Assembly: GCA_016779125.1 (NCBI GenBank)
Contig: JADHOF010000003.1
Coordinates: 1 to 55,548, forward strand
Source: Verrucomicrobiia bacterium
Lineage (GTDB): Bacteria > Verrucomicrobiota > Verrucomicrobiia > Limisphaerales > JAYPXF01
DNA: 55,548 nt
Reading direction: 5' to 3'
A model generated the notes under the pieces. It was not told the origin of the DNA and made no database searches. It was given only the letters and a program-made list of their open reading frames with translations. Positions 8,298 through 18,140 of this stretch are shown here, one piece after another (the first letter of the stretch is position 1; every line of letters begins with the position of its first letter). A program made the position numbers and the translations under genes.

Positions 8298-9677
8298 ATG
8301 AGCAACGTTCTTAAAGGCAGTTCCGAACAAAACCGAGTCGCGGCCGAAAAGGTCTGGCAATCGTCACAAAAACGCCTTCAAGAGGTGTTGAGCCGGGATA
8401 TTTTCGACCTGTGGTTCAAGCCCGTTCGGGCCTTGGCGCTGGACGAGGAAACGATCCGCCTCGAAGTGGCGAACGACTTCTGCGAGGTGTGGTTGAAGGA
8501 CAACTACGAGGATCTCCTGCATCAGGCGGTCGCGGAATCCACCGGCAAGCAGATCCGCGTCATTTTTCACACCAACGGAGCCGCACCCGCCGAGGCGGTC
8601 GCACCGGCCAAGGCGGCCCCAAAGGCGAAGTCCCCCCGCCGGAGCGACCCGTCGCCCGAGCACAATTTCAATCCGCGCTACACCTTTGACACCTACGTGG
8701 TCGGCAACAACGAGTTTGCCCATCGCGCGGCGCTTGCGGTCGCCCAGAATCCCGGAATGTCCTACAACCCGCTCTTCCTCTACGGCGGCGTGGGACTCGG
8801 CAAGACCCACCTGCTGCACGCCATCGGGCATCAGGTGCTGGCGGATCGCAAGAACGCCACCGTCGCCTATGTGTCCTGCGAGAAGTTCACGAACGAATTC
8901 ATCGACGCCATCCAGAACAATTCGCTGGTCGATTTCCGGAAGAAGTATCGCCAGACCGATGTTCTGCTGATCGACGACGTTCAGTTTCTCGCCGGCAAGG
9001 AGCGGATTCAGGAGGAGTTCTTTCACACCTTCAACGCGCTGCACGAGTCGCACAAACAAATCGTGCTCACCTGTGATCGTCCGGCCGGGGAAATCTCGGG
9101 CCTTGAGGATCGCCTTGTTTCGCGTTTCGTCTGGGGCCTGGTCACGGACCTGCAACCGCCGGACATGGAAACACGCCTGGCCATCCTGCAAAAGAAGGCC
9201 AAGGCGATGAACACCGAGTTGCCGAGCGAAATCGCCGACTTTCTCGCCCAGCGCATCCGGCACAACATCCGTCGACTCGAGGGCGCGCTGATCCGCGTCG
9301 TGTCGTATTCGTCGCTCACGGGCAAGCCGCTCACCCAGGCGGTGGTGGAGAACCTGCTCCGCGATGTTCTCGACGAGGAGTCGCAACAGGTCGTCAGCAT
9401 CGAGATGATCCAGAAGAAGGTGGCGGAGCATTTCGACATCCGCTTTGCGGACATGACCAGCAAGCGACGTCCCGAGCACATCGCGTTTCCCAGACAGATC
9501 GCGATGTATCTGGCCCGTCAGCTGACCAGCAACTCGCTCAGCTCGATCGGCGACGTCTTCGGCGGACGAGATCACGGCACGGTGCTGCACGCCTGCCGAT
9601 TGGTGAAGGATCGCATGGAGATCGACGGCGGCATTCGCCAGACCGTTGGCATGCTGGAGCGAAAACTTCGCAACTGA
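8298..9677 (+). CDS. dnaA: Chromosomal replication initiator protein DnaA
   Basis: Domain I (FDLWFKP), FNPRYTFDTYVVG, YNPLFLYGGVGLGKTHL (Walker A), LLIDDVQF (Walker B), QEEFFHTFN, NIRRLEGAL, and domain IV PRQIAMYL..GGRDHGTVLHA. Confidence 0.98.
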   Translation: MSNVLKGSSEQNRVAAEKVWQSSQKRLQEVLSRDIFDLWFKPVRALALDEETIRLEVANDFCEVWLKDNYEDLLHQAVAESTGKQIRVIFHTNGAAPAEAVAPAKAAPKAKSPRRSDPSPEHNFNPRYTFDTYVVGNNEFAHRAALAVAQNPGMSYNPLFLYGGVGLGKTHLLHAIGHQVLADRKNATVAYVSCEKFTNEFIDAIQNNSLVDFRKKYRQTDVLLIDDVQFLAGKERIQEEFFHTFNALHESHKQIVLTCDRPAGEISGLEDRLVSRFVWGLVTDLQPPDMETRLAILQKKAKAMNTELPSEIADFLAQRIRHNIRRLEGALIRVVSYSSLTGKPLTQAVVENLLRDVLDEESQQVVSIEMIQKKVAEHFDIRFADMTSKRRPEHIAFPRQIAMYLARQLTSNSLSSIGDVFGGRDHGTVLHACRLVKDRMEIDGGIRQTVGMLERKLRN

Positions 9678-9702
9678 ACTTTTTGAGCTGCCGCGAGTGG
9701 AC

Positions 9703-9731
9703 AGGCCGGTCACCCAAATGGCCGGCCTTTT
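9703..9731 (+). terminator. Rho-independent terminator after dnaA
   Basis: Stem-loop AGGCCGGTCA-cccaaa-TGGCCGGCCT followed by TTT. Confidence 0.7.
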
Positions 9732-9771
9732 CATTTGAATCCTTTGCTCCAAAATTCCGGTCACTCATTCC

Positions 9772-10770
9772 ATGCCCGCGATCGAAGTTGAAAACCTCTC
9801 CAAGACATATCGCACCTATAAAAAAGCGCCGGGAATCCTCGGCGCGTTCAAGGGGCTGATCCATCGCGAATACGAGGAGGTGCATGCCGCGAGTCGCGTG
9901 AACTTTTCCGTCGAGGAAGGTGAGCTGGTCGGCTTCCTCGGACCGAACGGCGCGGGAAAAACGACCACGCTCAAGATGTTGGCGGGACTGCTCCATCCCA
10001 CCGGCGGCCGGGCGCGGGTGCTGGGGTACGTGCCTTGGGAGCGCCACGACGAATACCGCCGCCAGTTTTCCCTGCTTCTCGGCCAGAAGAACCAGCTCTG
10101 GTGGGATCTGCCGGCCAGGGAATCGTTGGACCTGAACGCCCGCATCTACGGCATTTCCGCCGAGCAGGCGGGCCGGACCGTTGACGAGCTGACCGAACTC
10201 CTCGACGTCCGCGACAAGCTGAACGTGATGGTGCGGGAACTCTCCCTGGGCGAGCGGATGAAGATGGAGCTGATCGCGGCGCTGCTCCACCGACCGAAGG
10301 TCCTCTTCCTCGACGAACCCACGATCGGACTCGACGTGTCGTCCCAGAAAAAGGTCCGCGAGTTCCTGCGCGAATACAACCGCGCGAACCGCACCACCGT
10401 GCTGCTCACGAGCCATTATATGGCGGACATCCAGGAGCTTTGTGAACGCGTTGTGATCATTGATCACGGGACCATTTTTTTCGACGGCCGCCTTGAGGAG
10501 ATCATCGACCGCTTTGCCGACTTCAAGCTTGTGACCATTGATCGGGAGGAACCCGAAAACCCGATCGAGCTCGACAGCCTGGGCGAGGTGGTCGAGCAGT
10601 CGCCCACGCGCGTCCGCCTGAAAGTGAAGCGCGATCGCGTGGTGCCGGTCTGCAAGGAGCTGTTTGACCGCATGCCGGTGAAGGACATCGATATTGAAGA
10701 GGTGCCCATCGAGGACATCATCCGCGAACTCTTCGACCGCAAAAGCGTGCCGGAGCGGCCGCGTGTCTGA
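9772..10770 (+). CDS. ABC-2-type ABC transporter ATP-binding protein (COG4586-like)
   Basis: GPNGAGKTT, GQKNQLWWDLP, LSLGERMK, FLDEPTIGLD, LTSHYM. No permease gene adjacent. Confidence 0.9.
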   Translation: MPAIEVENLSKTYRTYKKAPGILGAFKGLIHREYEEVHAASRVNFSVEEGELVGFLGPNGAGKTTTLKMLAGLLHPTGGRARVLGYVPWERHDEYRRQFSLLLGQKNQLWWDLPARESLDLNARIYGISAEQAGRTVDELTELLDVRDKLNVMVRELSLGERMKMELIAALLHRPKVLFLDEPTIGLDVSSQKKVREFLREYNRANRTTVLLTSHYMADIQELCERVVIIDHGTIFFDGRLEEIIDRFADFKLVTIDREEPENPIELDSLGEVVEQSPTRVRLKVKRDRVVPVCKELFDRMPVKDIDIEEVPIEDIIRELFDRKSVPERPRV

Positions 10771-10869
10771 AATTCAGACTCGCCGACCGATCTCCTTTCA
10801 CAAACATTCCGACCGGTCCCGGACAGTATCGGGATCTCGGCGCTCAACCTTTATCCCGATACAAAGAAC

Positions 10870-11253
10870 GTGTTTCAAGTAGGTCAACAGGTCGTCTGCA
10901 TTGACGACGCATTCAGCAAGCTCGTGCGGGCGGTCTACGTCCAACTGCCGGAAGAGGGCAAAATCTACACGGTGCGGGCCGTCTATGTCGGTCGCGGCAA
11001 GATCATCAACAGGAAGCCCGGCTCCAGTGACGGGGAGATCGGCATCCTTTTACAGGAGCTCAAGAATCCGCCAGATCCGAAACACCTCGGAGGCAACGAG
11101 CTTGGATTCAACTCCGAGCGATTTCGGTCCCTGTCCGAACTGAGCGAGGACGAGGTGATGCATTATCACGACGAGGCGACAGAGCCCGCTGAGCTGGTGC
11201 CCGTGCATCCGGGAGGCGTGCCGGAGCCCAGCTACAATCTATCGCGGACTTGA
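10870..11253 (+). CDS. Hypothetical small protein (SH3-like beta pattern)
   Basis: GTG start, 127 aa, FQVGQQVVCID...PEEGKIYTVRAV...GILLQEL...GFNSERFR. Fills the gap between flanking genes and overlaps the convergent gene by 22 bp. Confidence 0.7.
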   Translation: MFQVGQQVVCIDDAFSKLVRAVYVQLPEEGKIYTVRAVYVGRGKIINRKPGSSDGEIGILLQELKNPPDPKHLGGNELGFNSERFRSLSELSEDEVMHYHDEATEPAELVPVHPGGVPEPSYNLSRT

Positions 11254-13478
11254 AAACCCGGAGGGTTTCCGAGGTCTTCGCGTTTTTTGAAACGGAGGCG
11301 TAGTCCGAAACAGGCGACGATGGACAGCGCGGTCAGCCAAAGACCGACGCGAAACCACCGGTCATTGTAGAACACCACCACCCGGCTCGAACCCGCCGGG
11401 ATCGGGATCGCCATGAAGGCATGATTGGCGCGGTGCACCTCGACGGGCATTCCGTTTACCTCCGCCTTCCATGCGGGATACCAGTTTTCGGCGATCACGG
11501 TGATGGAGGGCTGATCCGCTTCGGTGGTGAATTCAATCCGGTTCGACGTGCGGCGGATCTCCTCGACGCGGACCGATACGGGCTGAGGGATCATCAATTC
11601 ATCGTCTTCAGGCAGGAGGACGATCTTTGCGGGATCCCAGTCCGGCGGCGGAAGACCATCGTGTTTCGCGGTCCGGAGTCCGCCGGACACGAAGGGCAGG
11701 GGATTGGGCCGGCGTTGCCATCGCATGAGTTCCCCCGGTGTGGTGATGTGGGAGACGCCCAGGAAATCGATGAGGGCTGCGTTTGTTTCCGGCGGGCGTG
11801 AGTAGAGTTGCACCTCGACATCCCTTGCCCAACGGGTCGTCAAGGTGGCGGCTCCGTTCACCTTGGGCGTGTTTTCAAGGATGTTTAGATTTCCCCAGAG
11901 CGCCAGACGCTGGCCCACGAAGTCGTCGATGAATTTCGGCACGGCCACCTGATGGAGATTCCGCTCCGCGTAGGGACTCAACATGGCGCGGCTGTGACCC
12001 GGGCCTGGCACCGGCTTGATCGCCTCGTCGTGATAGGCGATCGCCAGGCCCGGTTCGAAGGCGGACGCGGGAATTGTCGGGTTCAGCACGGGCAGATGCA
12101 GGGAGCCATCCAGGCAGATGAGCACGGGCAGGAGCAGGGCCGCCTTGGGCTGCCAGCGCGGCGGAGTCTTCAGCAGCAGCAGAATTCCCCCGAGCAGAAG
12201 GACGAGGCGCGTCAGTCCGTTGACGGTCACCAATCCCGCGTTGCCGGGCACGAGCGGGGTTGTTTGTTCGACGAGGATTCCGGCAAACACGAGCAACGCG
12301 ACGGCGATGAAGGCAGGCCAGGCTTTCGCCCCCTCACGCAGCCGTGCGACGCCGTGCATGGCGAGGTAGGCGACGATGAAGGCCAGCGGCAGCGTCGTCT
12401 TGACCGGAAAGCGGGCGAAACCGATCGGCAGCATCTCGCCCAGCCAGCGCCATGGCGGAAAGGCGGGGCCGAAGCTCCAGAGCAAAAACACCAGCGCGCA
12501 AGCGGCGAGGACCCGATGTTCGGGTTCGCGGCGGCCGCCCAGCGCGGTCAAGGCCAGCGCGATCGTGAGGGTCCCCAGATAGACGGAGGGAAGAAAGGAT
12601 TGGCCGATCTGCACGATCACATCCTGCGTGGTCGTGAAGCTTGAAAAAACCGGCAGCACAAAATTGATCCAACCCGCCGGCGGCAGGGACCAAAACGCGG
12701 AGGCCGTTCCGGCAGAGCGTTGAGAGAGCGACAACAGTTCGAAGAATGGAAGGAGTTGAAAGGCCGTCAGTCCGCTCACCAGCCCCACCACCAGACCGAA
12801 GCGCGCAGGCATTTTCCAACGACGCGACGAGAGCGCATCGGATGTCGCCAGAGCCGCCAGCATCAGCCATGTCAGGAGGATCAATTCCGGCGCGCCGCTC
12901 AGCATTTGCATCGTGCCGATGCAGGCGGCCGGCACGCAGTCGCGAAGGTTTCCCCTCCACGCTTTGCGGGTGGCCGAAAGCAGCCATGGCATCCAGGCGA
13001 AGGCGACGAGGTAGTTGGGATAGATCACGCAGCCCAGCACCATTCCGCAGAAGGGAAACGCGGTCCCGCCCGTCGCGCCGGCAAATGCGGAGCCTGTTGA
13101 ATCCCGTCCCAATCGGAACATCCCGACGCCGGCGAGCAGCAGATGCAGCACACAAAACCACGCCAATGATCCGGGCAGCGGACCGAGCAGATAGATCAAC
13201 GAGCCCGGATACAGCACCATCGTGTTCCACTGCGCGAAGTGAGGCACGCCGCAGTTGATCAACTCGTTCCAATACGGGAACTCACCGGCCAGAAACGACT
13301 GTTGATGAAAGTAGGCGAACGGGTAGCCGAGGAATCCGTAGTCGCGATAGAAGAAGGCCCCGCCTCCGATCAGTGCCGGCCAGAACGTGATCATCAACAT
13401 CCCGGCCAGAACGGCTGTGAAGCGTTTCTGCGTGATGTGGTCGTCCCACCCTTGACCGCCTGCTGTTTCCGATCGCAT
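11232..13478 (-). CDS. YfhO-family GT-C-like multi-pass membrane protein (paralogue 3)
   Basis: FFYRDY..YP, PYWN..CGVP..AQW..LYPG, AWMPW, QLLPF, RFPVK, and a C-terminal ENWYPAWKAEVNG..RANHAF..IPAG domain. ATG 13478 overlaps the upstream TGA (TGATG). Confidence 0.8.
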   Translation of the reverse strand: MRSETAGGQGWDDHITQKRFTAVLAGMLMITFWPALIGGGAFFYRDYGFLGYPFAYFHQQSFLAGEFPYWNELINCGVPHFAQWNTMVLYPGSLIYLLGPLPGSLAWFCVLHLLLAGVGMFRLGRDSTGSAFAGATGGTAFPFCGMVLGCVIYPNYLVAFAWMPWLLSATRKAWRGNLRDCVPAACIGTMQMLSGAPELILLTWLMLAALATSDALSSRRWKMPARFGLVVGLVSGLTAFQLLPFFELLSLSQRSAGTASAFWSLPPAGWINFVLPVFSSFTTTQDVIVQIGQSFLPSVYLGTLTIALALTALGGRREPEHRVLAACALVFLLWSFGPAFPPWRWLGEMLPIGFARFPVKTTLPLAFIVAYLAMHGVARLREGAKAWPAFIAVALLVFAGILVEQTTPLVPGNAGLVTVNGLTRLVLLLGGILLLLKTPPRWQPKAALLLPVLICLDGSLHLPVLNPTIPASAFEPGLAIAYHDEAIKPVPGPGHSRAMLSPYAERNLHQVAVPKFIDDFVGQRLALWGNLNILENTPKVNGAATLTTRWARDVEVQLYSRPPETNAALIDFLGVSHITTPGELMRWQRRPNPLPFVSGGLRTAKHDGLPPPDWDPAKIVLLPEDDELMIPQPVSVRVEEIRRTSNRIEFTTEADQPSITVIAENWYPAWKAEVNGMPVEVHRANHAFMAIPIPAGSSRVVVFYNDRWFRVGLWLTALSIVACFGLRLRFKKREDLGNPPGFQVRDRL

Positions 13479-15766
13479 CAAGCCCGGTTCCTCCTGCTTC
13501 GCAGGATTTCCGCCGTGATCCAGCTGAGGCAGAGCAGGGCGCTCAGGGCGGAAATCGCGAATCCGTTCCAGAACGCGCGATCGACATAGTCGAGTCGAAC
13601 ATATGATTTGCCGGCGGGAATTTCGACCGCTTGGAAGGCGTGGTTGGCGCGAAGCACGGACCGGTGCCCGCCGTTGACGCGCGCCTGCCAGTTGCGGTTG
13701 TAGGATTGCGCGATGACCGCGACGGAGGGGGCTTCCGCCTCCACCTCGAACTGCAGTTTTCCGGATCCGAAGATCAGGTTCGTCACCGTGGCTGTGACCC
13801 GGGGCTTCGCTGTATCCGCGTTCAACCAGACGTGTTCGTCGGGGATGAAGTTGGTCGAGACGAGTTCGTCCAGCAGGGCGTCCGTGTCCGGGGCCGGGCG
13901 GGTGGCCTGTCCTGCCGTGACCAAAGGCAGGGCTCCGGCCCGCTCGGCCCACGCGATGATTTCCCCTTCGCGCGTGAACCAGCGCACGCCGAGGAAATCC
14001 TTCAAGCCTTCGGCGGCCGGGGCGGTCGCGGGATCATCGGGATAAAGCCGCTTCTGCAATTCGTCCTGATACCCTTGTCGCAGTGTCATCGAACCGTTCA
14101 CCTTCGGAACGTTTTCGAGCAGGTTGAGATTCGACCACAGCGCAAGGCGCTTGCCGGTCAGGTCCGCGTTCCACGGCGTGACCGAACTGCGGAGCAGAGC
14201 CTGCTCGGCCGCCGGCGAAATCATGGCCCGCTGCATTGTGCCCGTGAACCGCGGTCGCCCGGGCAGGTCGATCTCGGAGGACAGCACGGATGCCGGCACG
14301 GCTGGGTTTTGATTCGGCAGGTGCGTCAGCAGATCCGCACCGAGAAAGATCAGCGCCAGCGTGAGGTAGATGCGACGCAGGCGCGGGGCGATCTCGGCGT
14401 TGCCACCCTTGAGAAAGGCCAGCATGCACAGCCCAAAAAGGATCAGGCGTCCGGCCGTGTTCAGTCTCAGCTGCGGAAGCATGTCGAAGCTGTTTGCAAG
14501 TCCGTGCGCCAAGGCCACGAGGAGAAGCACCTCGATGATCACGGCCACGATCACCGCCGTGAGATCCCGGTAGCGCCGGGGCTCCTTCTCCGCCGCGTCC
14601 GAGCGAAAAGCCGCGATCCCGATCGCCGCCAGCAGAGGCAGGGTCAGACTCGTGAGCAGCACGAACTTGATCGGATAGCGGACCACGCCGCCGCCCGGTA
14701 CGAATTTGACCAGCAAGGCGTAGAGGATGCCCTGAGACCCCAACGCGAGGATCATCACGAACAGGGTCAATCCGAGCAGAAGCCACGTGCGGGCGTCGCG
14801 CTTCCGCCAGATGGCGAGGAAGGCGAAGGCGATTACGGCGAGGCCGGGATAGTAGGAGGAAAGAAAGATCTGGCCCTGCTGGATGTTGAAGCCCTGCGTT
14901 GACTCGAAGTAGTGGAACAGCGGCACGAAGAAATTCGCCCAGCCCCAGATCGGCATCGGCCATCGCGGATCATGAAAGGCGCCCGCGCGTTGCGACTGAT
15001 CGAGCAGGTCGAAGAACGGCAGCAGCTGGGCCGCGGACAATCCGGTCACCAGCAGCACGACGGCGGGAATGGAGATCAGCCATAACGGCTGGCTTTTGGC
15101 TTGTTTTCGGTCCACCAGCCACAGGCCTCCGATGAAGACCCAGGTCAGCAGGACAAGCTCCGGCACGCCGACCAGCATCTGCATCGCACCGATCAACGCG
15201 GCGACCGGCAGCCATCTTCCGCCGTCCCGCCAGGTCCGTTGCATGACCAGCACGAGCCAGGGCATCCACGCGAGGGCGACGCAGTAGTTGGGCCAGATCA
15301 GGGATGAAAGCACCGCGCCGTTGAAGACAAACGCGAAGGCCGCGAAGGCCGCCGCCACGGCGTCCCCGGTCCAGTGCCTTGCCAGCCGGCCCATTCCCGC
15401 CGCGCCCAGGACGAGGTGCGCCAGACTGAAGACGCCGAGCGCCCAAGGGAGCGGAAAGAGCAGCAGTAGGACGTTCCCCGGGTAGAGGCACATCGTTCCC
15501 CATTGCGCCAGGAAGGGCGCGCCGCAATTGCTGTAGGGATTCCAGAGAGGGATTTTGGTGGAACGGACGGACTCGACAAAATGATTCAGCGCCGGAAAGC
15601 CGATCACGCCGTAGTCGAGCCGGAAGAAACTCGACGTCCCGAAAATGACGCCCGGAAAGGCGGCGACGAACAGCGCGGCGACGAGCAGCAACACGCGGCC
15701 GGGTGAGAGCCAGGCCTCCGGCTTCTCAACTGGGGATGGCGTCGTGTTTTTTTCGACGGTGTTCAT
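13478..15766 (-). CDS. YfhO-family GT-C-like multi-pass membrane protein (paralogue 2)
   Basis: FFRLDY, PLWNPYSNCGAPFLAQW..LYPG, AWMPW, AAQLLPF, RYPIKF, WQARVNG..LRANHAFQAVEIPAG. ATG 15766 overlaps the upstream stop (ATGA). Confidence 0.8.
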   Translation of the reverse strand: MNTVEKNTTPSPVEKPEAWLSPGRVLLLVAALFVAAFPGVIFGTSSFFRLDYGVIGFPALNHFVESVRSTKIPLWNPYSNCGAPFLAQWGTMCLYPGNVLLLLFPLPWALGVFSLAHLVLGAAGMGRLARHWTGDAVAAAFAAFAFVFNGAVLSSLIWPNYCVALAWMPWLVLVMQRTWRDGGRWLPVAALIGAMQMLVGVPELVLLTWVFIGGLWLVDRKQAKSQPLWLISIPAVVLLVTGLSAAQLLPFFDLLDQSQRAGAFHDPRWPMPIWGWANFFVPLFHYFESTQGFNIQQGQIFLSSYYPGLAVIAFAFLAIWRKRDARTWLLLGLTLFVMILALGSQGILYALLVKFVPGGGVVRYPIKFVLLTSLTLPLLAAIGIAAFRSDAAEKEPRRYRDLTAVIVAVIIEVLLLVALAHGLANSFDMLPQLRLNTAGRLILFGLCMLAFLKGGNAEIAPRLRRIYLTLALIFLGADLLTHLPNQNPAVPASVLSSEIDLPGRPRFTGTMQRAMISPAAEQALLRSSVTPWNADLTGKRLALWSNLNLLENVPKVNGSMTLRQGYQDELQKRLYPDDPATAPAAEGLKDFLGVRWFTREGEIIAWAERAGALPLVTAGQATRPAPDTDALLDELVSTNFIPDEHVWLNADTAKPRVTATVTNLIFGSGKLQFEVEAEAPSVAVIAQSYNRNWQARVNGGHRSVLRANHAFQAVEIPAGKSYVRLDYVDRAFWNGFAISALSALLCLSWITAEILRSRRNRA

Positions 15767-18036
15767 CTTTTCGAAGTTGCGGCAGAGGGTCGCCAGTGTC
15801 GCCACAATCCGCCAAGCAAAAGGAGTCCGGAGAGGGACAACGCGCAACCGGCCCGGAAGCTCCAGTCGATGTAGCGGAGTCGGATCTCGTGGCGGCCGGC
15901 GGGAACGTTCACGGCCTGAAAGGCGTGGTTGGCCCGCAGCAAGGTCGCCGGTTGGCCGTCGATTGCCGGTTTCCAGTTCGGGTGGAAGCACTGCGCGATG
16001 ACCGCCATCGTGGGAACCGGCGTGTCGACGGTGAACGCGATGTCATGCGGGTCGAATCGAAGGATCTCGACGCTCGCGTCGGCGCTCGCCCCGGCATTGA
16101 CCGAAGCCTTCGCCCCGGGTCGCAGCGAGACGATCTTCGACGAATCAAACTTCGGCTCCGACAGACGCGCGACCGAGGCTGCCGCGTCTTCGAACACCGG
16201 CGCCTGTCCCGCTGTGATGAGCGGTCTCGCGCTCGGGCGTTTTCGCCATTCCAAGGGGGTGTCGGGCGAGCTTGTCCACGCGATGCCCATGAAGTCCGCG
16301 AGGCCCGGGCGGAGATCGGTCATCGACCAGCTGTGGAGCACGCGTTCCAGCTCGTCCTGCTCCGGGAACCACAGGGCGAAGAAGCCGTCGAATTTCATGA
16401 CCCCGTCCATCAGGTTCAGGTTCAGGAACTGGTCGATGCGGGTGTGGATCAGAATCTCGGCCGCGCTGCCCCGGCTGTGGAAGGCGTGGTCCAGCTGGGT
16501 CTTGCCGAGCAAGGCCATGCGGGCCCGCCGCTTCAAAACCTCGTCGCCGACACTGGGCAGAACCGGATGCGGCATCTGGTAGACCTCGCGGGGGACGGTC
16601 ACCATGACGTTGGGCTGATGTCGTTTGAAGTCGAGCCAGACAATGAAGAGCATTCCGATGCAGGCGAGGCGGACGGTGCGTTTTTCCCGAACGTGAGCGG
16701 TGAGAATGATCGCCCCGATCGCGAGCAGTCCGAAGAGGAGCCGGTCGCGTCCGTTGTCCAGCCGGAGCGTCTGGTCCTGCCCTTCCACCGGCCTGTCCGC
16801 CAGCGCGGAATAGGCCGCACCCAGCAGGACGAGCGTGATCAGGCTCGTGACGACGATCGCGGTCGGACGCTCGGCGGCTGCGGACCGGTTGAAGGCCCGC
16901 ATGCCGTAGGCGCTGAGCAACGGGAGCAACAACGCCGGCACCACGAGAAACTTCGACGGGAAGCGGGTGAATCCCAGCGGCACCACCTTGGCCACGACGG
17001 CATAGAGTCCCATGTGTTCGCCCATCGCGAGCAGGAGCGCGAACACGGCCGCCACCCCGGCCATCCAGAGCACGGGACGTCGATGGCTTGTGAATGCGAA
17101 CACGATCAACCAAAGGGCGGCGCCGCCAAGGTAGTAGGAATGGATCCAACCCTGTTCCACGTGGGCGAAACGACCCGAGGCCGTCAGGCGCGTGTTGAAC
17201 AGCGGCATCAGGTAGTTCACGACCCCCAGCGGTTTGATCGGCCACGAAAGGTCGGTCTGCTCGCCCGTTCGCGGCGAATGCGCCAGCAGATCCAGAAAGG
17301 GGAGGAGTTGCGCGGCGGACACCAGCGCGACCAGTCCGATCAAGGCGGAAAAGCGAAGCAGCCGGGTCCGCCGATCCGCGCCGGGTGAGCGGATCGCCTC
17401 CTGGGCGACGAATCCGGCGAGCAGGATCCATGTGGCGAGGATGATCTCGGGCGCGCCGGTCAGCATCTGCATGGCACCTGCGATCGCGCCGAGCACGATC
17501 AGGCGTCCGCCCTCCCGGGTGGCGACGATCACCGCCAGGAAGACCCACGGTGCCCAGCCGAGCGCGGCCGCGTTGTTCGGCCACATCTGGCAGGCCTGGT
17601 TGAAGCCGCTGAAGGCGTAGACCAAGCCGCCCACCGCCGCCGCCATCGGATCGCCCGTCAGACGCCGGACGAGGCACCACGCGCCCAGTCCCCCCAGGTA
17701 GAGATGCAGCACGCAGAAGACGCCCAATGACCACTCCAGCGGAAAGGCCAGATAGAACAAGGAGCCGGGATAAAGTGTCAGTGTGTTCCACTGGGCGAGA
17801 AAGGGGATGCCGCATTCGCTCAAGGGATTCCACAGCGGAAACTCGCCGCCCGCCAGACTGGCCTTGAGATGGGCGGCAAGGGGATAGCCGAAGAACCAGA
17901 AGTCGTTCGTCGCCGGGGCGCGGTCGCCCACGATGATCTCGGCGAACGAGACGAACACCAGCACGGCCAACAACAGGGCGAAACGGCCGGTGGTGAGTTC
18001 CGCGAAGGGTGTGGGCGATGAAGGCTCTGGCTTCAA
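15763..18036 (-). CDS. YfhO-family GT-C-like multi-pass membrane protein (paralogue 1)
   Basis: NDFWFFGYP, PLWNPLSECGIPFLAQW..LYPG, GWAPW, AAQLLPF, RFPSKF, HPNWKPAIDG..LRANHAFQAV. Start uncertain; TTG 18036 chosen because it follows TTGCCG-17-CACACT. Confidence 0.75.
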   Translation of the reverse strand: MKPEPSSPTPFAELTTGRFALLLAVLVFVSFAEIIVGDRAPATNDFWFFGYPLAAHLKASLAGGEFPLWNPLSECGIPFLAQWNTLTLYPGSLFYLAFPLEWSLGVFCVLHLYLGGLGAWCLVRRLTGDPMAAAVGGLVYAFSGFNQACQMWPNNAAALGWAPWVFLAVIVATREGGRLIVLGAIAGAMQMLTGAPEIILATWILLAGFVAQEAIRSPGADRRTRLLRFSALIGLVALVSAAQLLPFLDLLAHSPRTGEQTDLSWPIKPLGVVNYLMPLFNTRLTASGRFAHVEQGWIHSYYLGGAALWLIVFAFTSHRRPVLWMAGVAAVFALLLAMGEHMGLYAVVAKVVPLGFTRFPSKFLVVPALLLPLLSAYGMRAFNRSAAAERPTAIVVTSLITLVLLGAAYSALADRPVEGQDQTLRLDNGRDRLLFGLLAIGAIILTAHVREKRTVRLACIGMLFIVWLDFKRHQPNVMVTVPREVYQMPHPVLPSVGDEVLKRRARMALLGKTQLDHAFHSRGSAAEILIHTRIDQFLNLNLMDGVMKFDGFFALWFPEQDELERVLHSWSMTDLRPGLADFMGIAWTSSPDTPLEWRKRPSARPLITAGQAPVFEDAAASVARLSEPKFDSSKIVSLRPGAKASVNAGASADASVEILRFDPHDIAFTVDTPVPTMAVIAQCFHPNWKPAIDGQPATLLRANHAFQAVNVPAGRHEIRLRYIDWSFRAGCALSLSGLLLLGGLWRHWRPSAATSKR

Positions 18037-18140
18037 GGCCGCGAAGTGTGCGGAAGCGCCGCGGGGGCGGCAAAGCGAAAAGCCGGCCGGCAAAGCGCGC
18101 TTGCAAATCGGTGCCGGCGTCGCAGTTTCGCCCGCACGGC

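Noticed and set aside
17153-17168. parS-like TGTTCCACGTGGGCGA
   Set aside because: The right half has three mismatches to the palindrome, it lies inside a CDS, and it is a single copy.
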